Shown here piece after piece: positions 53,692 through 64,000 of a DNA stretch of 64,000 nt (the stretch's first letter is position 1; each line of letters opens with the position of its first letter). The notes below the pieces were generated by a model, which made no database searches, was not told where the DNA came from, and saw only the letters and a program-made list of their open reading frames with translations. The translations under genes and the position numbers were made by a program. Source of the DNA: Chrysomallon squamiferum (taxonomy: Eukaryota; Animalia; Mollusca); NCBI GenBank assembly GCA_012295275.1, contig CM022670.1, forward strand, positions 24,118,001-24,182,000. The letters run 5' to 3'.

Positions 53692-54656
53692 GTATGTACA
53701 TACTTTAAAAATTGGATATAAACAAGAAAACAATTACATATTAATTCCTTTCCTTTTAAAAATATTAATCCACAATCTTCTAATTCTAACCATAGCTAAC
53801 AGTAAAAACCTATCATTGATTACCACCTAGTCTTACATGAAGCATAACAAAAGAGTGAAGTTTGGGCACCACAATAATTGTGATATAACTTGATCTATAG
53901 GGCAGATCAATGTTTTCAGAAGAAACAAAGCTTTCAGTCCTTGAAGTCATGACTCTGTTTGTGAAAGGGTAAAACAATACCAATCATATTTGGTAAAAGT
54001 ATCGTTTTTTTATTGGTAATAATTTATTATTAATGACCTAAAATAATGAAATAATAACTTGGAGGTATAAAGAATTGTATTAGACAATTAAATTTTATAT
54101 TTTTTAGTAAAAGATTAACATACCCTCACTATTTACTAAATCTAACAGTTTCAACATATCAAATTTTCTGAGTCTAACCAAGTTTCTAAATAAACGTACG
54201 TAACACAAACTCCTTGTGAGACCAACCCATTTTCTAGCCTGTAATTATCTTTTTAAACTTTGCATTGTCTTCATTTTTGTAATGCAGATATTTTATTGAA
54301 AAATCAATTTCTAAGATCTTCTTGAAGCTAGATATAACTATTGATTAGTTTAGCAGAAAAGAATTTTAAGAACTGCTTGTCCATCTTAGGTTACGTTGTC
54401 CAGAGCTACATGACTTCATGTCATAGTTCATCCCCTGTAACTGTGATAAGTAAATGTAATTAGAATTCTTCATACAAAACTTACTGTGACATTTTATCCA
54501 GTACTAGATATTTGGGTTACATTGGTTCTTTGTTTGTATTAGAGACTGTTAAACATCATGATTGGGTCAGTTTTGATAAAGCTTTTCTGATTAATTATTA
54601 AATAATTACCAAAGCTGCTAGTAAGATAAAATATTTATTTCAGAAGCAATATTTTC

Positions 54657-54707
<51 letters not shown>

Positions 54708-56699
54708 TCATGATAATTATAATGACGATGATAATTTTTATAAATAAAAAAATAAACAAACAAATAAAATAAAATAAATAAATAAATAAATCTTTCAAAA
54801 GAAGAGACGTTTTGTTCCCAGCCATTACCTTGCTATTTTTAAAGGAAGCTGACAGTATATCTTTGTCACATCTTGATCACATGTTGTATGTGTATTGATC
54901 CACACTGTGTTAGACTCTTGTTGGCTGAACAACCTTCTTACGAACACAGAATGTTACCATTTCGCAGACACAGTGTTTGAATAAACCAACATCACTTTTC
55001 AGCCATCACTTGACATGCAGCTGTGTGTTGACTGACACTTACTTCAAGTGTCACTCGACAAGCATTACCCAGTGCCCATGTTCTAAGTCACCTTCGTTTC
55101 ATCATCATATGACAATAACCTGGTTTGCATTTAGACCTCTTTTCCAAAATAATTTTATCGCAGATGTAACAAGTTATTATTCCTGGAGTTTTTTAAGTTA
55201 GCAAAATGATAGTAAAATGTCAAAAATAATTTGGTCACAATCTCTTAGGCTGTATGATCAGTTTTCTTCTCATCATATATTTGACTCATTCCCATTTTAA
55301 GCCCCTGTTTAACTTCCCTTAATGATGATTTGATCTATTTCTTTGTGTTATTAATACAAAATGTCTCAACTGACACCTGTTTTTATTAAAATATATTGAT
55401 GTATCGATCGTTAAGCTATTCTAATTATTCTTATTCTTTGAACGATAAACAAAACATTTAATTCCTAAAATAAATATTATATTTAAATACAAGTATATGT
55501 ATTTGTTGAAATAAAAAGAACAAACAAAGAAAAAAAAAAAATAATTTAATGAACAGAACGTTACTATTAGAAAGCATTTTACTGACATAATTAATACACA
55601 GTTCTGTACATGCTGTACTAAAAGTCCATTAACTTGGCTGTTTAACTGGCCTGCAACATGGTGATCTTGTTGTATCATGGGATGTGATATGTTACACGTT
55701 TGATCTGTCAGATTGTTTTACCAATCTCTTTGTCACATAAACTAACTGGCAGACACACAGATCAGGTCATGAAACTGGCTACAGGCCAGAAACAACAAAG
55801 AATATTCTAAACCAGCTTTGTTCCTTTCATTAATATTTATTAATATTCTAACTTATGATTTCGAGCAAACAGACCCATATTCACAATATCATGTTCACTG
55901 CTAATCTGTCCTAACATACTGACAAACTGACACTAAGAAAATAACACTTAGAAATGCATGATAACTGAAAATGTTTAAAGACAGTTTTGATTCTGTTACT
56001 AATATTTACTATTATTCTAATCAACAAGTATGGTTTTAAACCAATATTTTTTATTTTTAGAACAATAAGTCGAATGCTGTTCAAAAATGTTCAGAGCCAG
56101 CATTTATTCTGTTACTGATATACTAACAAAATAACCAATGTAACTTTGAGCAGATACTTACCTCTTGTGAACATTTTCATTAACAGCTGATGTGGCTAGT
56201 GCCAGCTTTGTCTGTTACTGATTATCTAACAAGCTAAATCTCATTTAGAGCAAACATTTCCATCTTCATGGCAACTTCAGTATAGTTAATTTTTCTTGCA
56301 ACAAGCTATCATTACAGGTTTTTTCAAAAATATAAACATAGTAAAAGTTTGTACAAGAATGGATGAATAATGAAATATATGTCAAAAACAAATATTAACA
56401 TTAAAGCTATTTTTATTTAGAAGGTATTTATTGAAAAATTAGCATTAATTCTTTTACTAAAATATTAAATCTTGTAAAAATTGCTGTATGATAATAATTA
56501 TTGTTTTCTGAAATAAACATAATGTACAGTTCTGTAATGATACATATATACTTAACTTAGTTTTCTTTTGTTTTTATAAAAAAAAACTTTTTATATGAAC
56601 CTAGAATGTTCAGTAATATTTTCAGATCTATTTTAAAATGCTTTAATAGTGAAATAATAAAAACTTGAAACTTTAACTGTAATTTTACTTTAATATTAG

Positions 56700-56700
<1 letters not shown>

Positions 56701-56760
<60 letters not shown>
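56701..56760. repeat. (TG)30 microsatellite
   Basis: Directly visible. Confidence 0.97.
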
Positions 56761-56763
<3 letters not shown>

Positions 56764-59700
56764 AAAATAAACCAGAATAAAAGTACTTCATAATCAGTGA
56801 TCCACTTTTTCAAATACTTCCAAAACATACATGCAATTAGCCCAAAATAAAATACTCTAAGACTGGAGATCAGCTTTTTCAGATAGTTCTGAAACAGGTA
56901 TAATTAGGTTTTCAGTCTCTTTTCATATCCCTTTTTCAATTCCATTTGAGCTAAATTTTGAATTACTCAACAATAGACACTGATTAGTTATTGCTTCTTA
57001 ATATTTAGTCTTGAAGACTCTTTCACCAATATCAGAATTACTGGTTCTGCCTGCTTCTTCTAGTCTAAAGTTCAATATTTTGAACACAGTGGTATGTACC
57101 AGTCTTGTAGGATCATCTGTGGGCACAAGCAAAAGTGTCTCTACATTGCAAGTGTATCTTCTTCAAAGGGACAAAAGTTACAGACACTATTTTTTAAACA
57201 TATTTACAGTCTTTATTTACATGCCCCACACCAGTACCCATAACAAACATAAATCATTGAAGCCTGTCATTGCCATAGCAAGCATCATGGATTTCTCCTA
57301 AAACACAGTTGCTAACGTATCAAGTTCATTGATGGATGTAAATAAAACATATTTTGCATGTCATAAAACTCATAATAAGTATAAGGAATATTTATTTTTT
57401 TACAAAATATTGCATTTGGAACCCAAATAGAGTTCAGAGCCTGACCCACCATCTTTTCAACCTCAGGAATCCACTAAGATGCAGTTTTTATAAAACATAA
57501 TTATGCTTAGGATATTGTCAAATGTTTGAATTATCCAAAATTATGTAGCAGATGAGTTGATCATGGTTTGGTGGGCAAGCATTTGGCAATTGCAGACCTT
57601 TGCTCTTGTGATTTGACAAAAAAACCCACACTTCCTGCATGTAGCTTGCAGTGCAGGAAGCAGGTGGCACATTCTGTGTCATATAAAGCTGGCATACAAT
57701 AAAAAAATTATTTTAAGAAATTTGGTATGACAGTCCCCTTTAGCAGTGGAATAATAATTTTAAAAAATGGCTGTCTATGTCTGAGTTCAGTAGGTGTCCA
57801 GTGATCTAAGGGACATACACTTAGCAATCTGGGCTCACTGTATCTTCCAATTTAGAGATATCACTGCAGTGTAAACAAGCAGAATGGAGTCTGATTAGAT
57901 GTTCCTGTTGTTAAATGTCAAGTGATGATTCATGTTGGGTTACATGTCAGGTGGAAAATGTAGCTAGCTGCCTCTTCAGCTTAATTGAAAATTTCAATGC
58001 TCTCTCATTTATTTTTTTAAAAGTTGTATAATTTATAAAATCAATATGCTTTCAATAAAAACATCTTTGATTTTTACTTGTCTCTTAGTATTTATTCTCT
58101 TTTAGAAATAGTTTATACTAATAGTATTTGAATTAAAGAATTTAGGACTGTATAAAAGAAAATAAACAGTGGTTCTTGAAATGAATACTTCAGTTGTGAC
58201 AAGTAATATTTGCCAAATTAAAGTTAAAATATTCTAAATTTACTAAATGAAAATTGTATTTATATTTTTGGATATCACTAATAGCAGAGAGCAGATGTTA
58301 TATATTATTACTTATGTTATATGTTATTTATATGCTAATTATTTCAACCAACATTCCACAAAAAAATAAAATAATAAAATTGTAAGACTGCTTGATAAAA
58401 AATTATATGTTCCATCTTCCACATTCAATGCTTCAGTAATTATTAAAGAACAAAATAATAAAGTTTTAAAATTCCTTGAAGAATTTTGTTCTTTTTTGTT
58501 GTTTTTTTCTTCACAGTTTTACAATTTTATTATTGTTATTATTATTATTCATTTAATGGAATGTTGATTATAATAATTAGTTATTTCAGTTGGGTATAAA
58601 ACCAACATAAAATTGTAATCCAATTAATTATTTATGATTAGATCAGATCTAGAGCCAAAACCTTAATCTGCAGTACATGCTTACTAATAGCCAGCAGACA
58701 TGCTATTTACTTACTTACAAATATCATGCTTCTCTGTTATGTGTGTGTATGTAGAGTTTAACATGTATGTTACTTCTGGCTTTGCTGATGACAGAATTAA
58801 AATGTAGTGAATTACTAATGGGTAAATTACTAATTTGTAGAAAGATAGAGGTATGTGTATACAGGCAAATATACATATTTATTTGAAGATTTGTATATAA
58901 ACACAGAAACATTCTGATTTACATGCATATACACATATATACACCTTAATATATATACATAAACAGCCACATGTGCACACACACACACACACACACAACA
59001 CACACACACACATTTACATAAATGGATATCAAATACACACATACACATCCATACCTGTTCAGCCATCCAAAGATACATATATACCCTATTGTGCTATGAC
59101 TGGTTTGTCAAAGTGCATACACTATTAAATGATGACAGTCTGAAGCATACAAAATGTCAGTCTAAGTACTGGAATACAGGAGTTTGATTTTTCCTTCTCT
59201 TACAGTCTTAATTCAAAAACCCTTGGTTTGCTGTCCATTGACCATAAATAATGTAATGTTTTTAAGTGTCATTCATTCACACATGTATACAAACACAGTT
59301 TTAATCTGAATGGTGAACTCAGCACAAATCATGTTTTCAAATGCTGGTGATCTTTGATGTTGTATTTACATCCTGCATACTATTTAACTGATCCACAAAC
59401 AGAAACCTGCTGTTTGCTGCTGTTGTTGTCATCTGTTAAAGTGACTTCATAATTAACTTTCTCCTCAATAAACATTATGTAATGTTTGTTTGTTTGTTTC
59501 ATACAATATTATCATTTAATAGTGATGGTTATCACAAGCAAAGATTGCAGAGCGATCAAATTTATTATTTAAAAAACAAAAATAACAATTTATATATAAG
59601 GTATCATTAAATTATTTGCCTTAATAAATTTCCTCTTTTTTTTTACATTATTTCCAAACAAGATACTGGTATTGATACTGATATTGAAGCCTTTTGGGAT

Positions 59701-60127
59701 AATGATTTTATAGAAAGATGCAAACATTTATGAGTGTGTAAAATATTTTACAATAATTATCAATCTAAAAACAGAAAGGGTCTATCAATTTTGGTATTGA
59801 ACAACAGTTCATATGAGTTTACTGTTGATGGCTGTGATGATGAAGGAAGAATGCTAAAAATTAAAAATAAATGAAAATGTTTATTTTTTCACAAATATAC
59901 ATGCACCAAACATTTTGAAAGAAGGAATTTTTTTCTTTCAGAAAATGCTACAATTTGTAATATTGGATCCTTATTTAGACTTAGAAACTAACAATAGAAA
60001 CTTTAATATATATTAAAAAGAAGAACTGATTTAGCAGAGACAAATAAAAAGAAAATATTATTGTCTTTCTTCAGTACTGTTACTGTGTTCATTTTAACAT
60101 TATTTCAGACTGTTAATATATGTGTAG

Positions 60128-60268
<141 letters not shown>

Positions 60269-60684
60269 TAAATAGACATTTTAATTTCTTTTGTCTCTCT
60301 CTTGTAGTATGTAAAGATTAGACTGATGCTGTTTAGGACATCAAAGAATTACTTCCATATTTTAACAGAAAAAAAAAAATGACCAGACTTATCAGACTCA
60401 AAAAAAAAAATACTGATATGTATGTAATTACATAGGGATGATTCTTAAATTTGTGCTAATATTATTGTATTACAATGGGTTGGAATAAAAGTTTGAAGCA
60501 TTTAGAGAAGCCCATCTCAGGAAGATACCACTTCTGGGAGGATAAAATCATGAAGCTGCTTCAAAGATAGTGAAAGGTAGTGGAACATGTTGGCATACAG
60601 ATGATTGAATAAATATGTATAAATTTCTGAATTTTGTCTTCAAATTCCACTTTAAAAATCCAATTGTTTCCAACTGAATACTTT

Positions 60685-60687
<3 letters not shown>

Positions 60688-60738
<51 letters not shown>
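60688..60738. repeat. (AC)n microsatellite
   Basis: Directly visible. Confidence 0.97.
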
Positions 60739-60739
<1 letters not shown>

Positions 60740-62349
60740 TTGATATTAATTATCCAGAACAAAATTTTGGTATCAGATTTGTTTCTGGTCGTGTCTACAT
60801 AATAACATTCAGAGCAGATTATAAATTCTGATACTGGTTTTTTTAACTTAATGTTCCATGATGTATGGAATTTCTTCTTTCATGCTTGCTGTGTTGTAGA
60901 ATAAAATTAAATCCTTCATTGCAAAGACAATAGATTTACAGATATCCCTTGTTTAATGTGGTTTGACTTTAGTTGCAGTGATATTAACTGCAACCATCGC
61001 TTGACATGCACAATAACAATTTTGTTTAATGCAGTTTTGAATTTACGGCATGAAGCAAGGAAGGGAACATACATTTTAGCTGCTAATGAGATTGTGTCAC
61101 ATGCCTGGCAGGAGGTTTGCCAATTAGTGACTTTGTAACAGTTAAAAAGCCTGAAGAAATATTTCATAAATTTTTCATAATGAATAATGGCCCAGATCAG
61201 AATTGTAGCAGTTTAGAAAAAAAACATACTGAATGCTGCTACAGAATTTATGGAGAGAAAAAGGCTAAAACTTTCAAGCTACTCTGGATAGATTTTTATT
61301 TGAAAGTAAATCAACTTTGCTGAAACTACTACTATGTTTTTAATAAAAATGTAATTGTTTTCCTTACAAGATCAGTATTTTAAAAATATTTTAGGTAGTT
61401 GAATTCAATGTTTTATTTTTTTCAAAAGAAATAGCAATAATAACAGCAATAATGTTTTGATTATGGCCTTGCAAGTAATATTTTTCTGACTAATGTTATA
61501 ATATCAGTATCTAAAAGTTATCATTGCCTGAAAGCACCATTTCAAACATGTATACATAACAGAATATTAACTAAATGTATCAACAAAAAAAAAGAAAAAA
61601 AAAGCCCTGGTTCAAATAGTGGTGTTCAGTTTGTCATCGACCATTTATTTTGAGATTGGTGACTGCCAGTGGGTGATTTGAAAATTACCATCATTATTCT
61701 TGGACCAATAAAGCTACTTCTGCCCTCTAATCTTATTGATTATTTCTAGACATGTTCCATAGTCTTACAAAAACTGGAGAAGTAAACAGTTTCTGTGCCG
61801 ATTGCAAAATATTTCCTTATAAATATGTCCGTACCATTCAGTTCATTCATTTTTTAGTTGATCTTAATACAATGGGACTAGATTTCTGTTTACACAAAAA
61901 TAATGCTTGTAGCTGCATAGAGAGTAAACATCTCTCTGGGGCCATGAATTGCCTGTTTGAAAGAATTGTTCATTAGTTTTCACTTAATGATAAATCAGCC
62001 TGTCTGTCTGACTTGGTGTGTATTCAGTTCATTCAGGACGGTCCCATTCTGTTTTCTATGGTTTAATCTTATATATTATTTCAGCTTATTCAACAGATGA
62101 GTCACAGGGTTTGATAGGACTATAACACAGGCAGTAACGTATGTCCAGTTAATGTCAGTTGTTATTTATGCAGATTCTATATGAACATAATAATCTATGA
62201 GACTGATGAAATCATGTTTGGAATCCTTTACAATTAAACTGTCACAAGATAATGAAGTTAACAGATAAACGTGAAAAGAAGTCATTGTACATCAAAATAT
62301 TGCTTTGTATATAAAGACCTGTTGCTTGCATGTCACCCTTATATCACAC

Positions 62350-63165
62350 TTATACACTCTCATTACATTATTGAATTTTTTGTACAGTCATTACATCAAT
62401 ACTTTACTTGTACACTGACACTTCATCAATACTTTGTCTACTGACATTACATTATTGAATTTTTTGTACAGTCATTACATCAATACTTTACTTGTACACT
62501 GACACTTCATCAGTACTTTGTCTACTGACATTACATCATTGCTTTAACTGTACACAGACATTACATCAATACTTTACTTATATCCTGATATTACATCATT
62601 ACCTTTCCTGTATCCTGACACTACATCATTACTTTACTTGTCTACTGTCATTACATTATTTATTTACTTGTATACAGACATCACATCAGTATTTTACCTG
62701 TATCCTGTCACTATATCATTACTTTACTTGCATCCTGTCACTATATCATTACTTTAGCTGTATCCTGTCACTATATCATTTCTTTACTTGTATCCTGTCA
62801 CTACATCATTTCTTTACTTGTATCCTGCCACTATATCATTACTTTGCTTGTATCCTGCCACTTTACTTTGTATCCTGTCCATATCATTTCTATATCCTGT
62901 CATTACTTTGCTTGTATCCTGCCACTACATCATTACTTTATGTGTCCACTCTCATTACATCATTTCTTAACTTACATCATTGTCCAATTTGTACATTTGC
63001 ATCATGTTATTACTTTACTTGTGCACTGACATTACATCATTGTTTTATTTGCACATTTTCATTGTTATTACTTTACTGGTACACTGACATTACATCATTG
63101 TTTTATTTTTACACTTTCATTGTTACTACTTTACTGGTACACTGACATTACATTTTTGTTAGTAC
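62350..63165. repeat. Diverged ~30-bp minisatellite (TATCCTGTCACTATATCATTACTTTACTTG / TACACTGACATTACATCATTG.. variants)
   Basis: 30-nt periodicity clearest at 62700-62860, with more diverged flanking units. Source of the H/Y/C/L-rich pseudo-ORFs. Boundaries approximate. Confidence 0.9.
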
Positions 63166-63221
63166 ACTAGCATTATATCAATATTTTGTTTTTGTAGTGT
63201 AATAATCTGCATTCCCTCTGG

Positions 63222-63822
63222 ACACCATTGTTTGATTTGTACACTGTTATTACATCATCGTTTGATTTGCACACTAGCATTACACCATTGTTTGATATAT
63301 ACACTATCATTACACCATTGTTTGATATATACACTATCATTACACCATTGTCTGATTTGTACACTATCATTACACCATTGTTTGATTTGAACACTATCAT
63401 TACACCATTGTTGATTTGTACACTATCATTACACCATTGTTTGATATGTACACTATCATTACACCATTGTTTGATTTGAACACTATCATTACACCATTGT
63501 TGATTTGTACACTTTCATTACACCATTGTCTGATTTTACACTATCATTACACCATTGTTTGATTTGAACACTATCATTACACCATTGTTGATATGTACAC
63601 TATCATTACACCATTGTCTGATTTTACACTATCATTACACCATTGTTTGATTTGAACACTATCATTACACCATTGTTAATTTGAACACTATCATTACACC
63701 ATTGTTTAATTTGTACACTATCATTACACCATTGTTGATTTGTACACTTTCATTACACCATTGTTTGATTTGAACTCTATGATCACACCAATGTTTGATT
63801 TGTACACTACGATTAAACCATT
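63222..63822. repeat. 29-30 bp minisatellite (ACACTATCATTACACCATTGTTTGATTTGT), ~20 units
   Basis: Directly visible homogeneous tandem units with 1-nt length variants. Confidence 0.96.
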
Positions 63823-64000
63823 TCTTCATAGGTTCCCTGTCATTATAGTTCACTGATACCCTGTCACTGCACTATTGCTTTACTCTTACTGGTTCATAGC
63901 TCCTTCATTTCGTCATTAAACCAGAGTTTAATTTTATTAGATGCCTTGTGGCCATTCCTTTACCAGAAGGCTGTTGTTACTGCTTCACTGGTACATTCAT

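Noticed and set aside
60500-60612. KDSER*WNMLA resembling an RTE ORF C-terminus
   Set aside because: Too short and degenerate to support without a database search.
62492-63853. 217-aa and shorter repetitive ORFs
   Set aside because: 30-bp minisatellite translations on both strands.

Overview
AT-rich, CpG-poor, microsatellite-dense eukaryotic (invertebrate animal, plausibly mollusc; inference) genomic DNA that is almost entirely intronic. It carries three clear + strand coding exons (39396-39512, 45244-45404, 60165-60267) of a FRMPD4/Preso-like WW-PDZ(-FERM) scaffold gene, spliced in frame across GT-AG introns; the FERM-coding part is not in the window. Best observations: (1) the 3' splice site of the WW exon has itself been amplified into a 26-unit, 28-bp tandem array, leaving 24 AG-bearing acceptor copies upstream of the real one; (2) an unannotated phase-compatible first exon (33106-33215) encodes an MGNRHSK myristoylation-type, Cys-rich N-terminus; (3) a 12-nt microexon candidate (53680-53691) would insert DCSK into the PDZ domain; (4) weaker candidate alternative first exons. 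Also present: a decayed RNase H + CCHC non-LTR retrotransposon end, an RTE-like 5' fragment, a hAT-like MITE and several minisatellites. Most long ORFs in the supplied track are repeat artefacts. No prokaryotic features or CRISPR arrays were seen.
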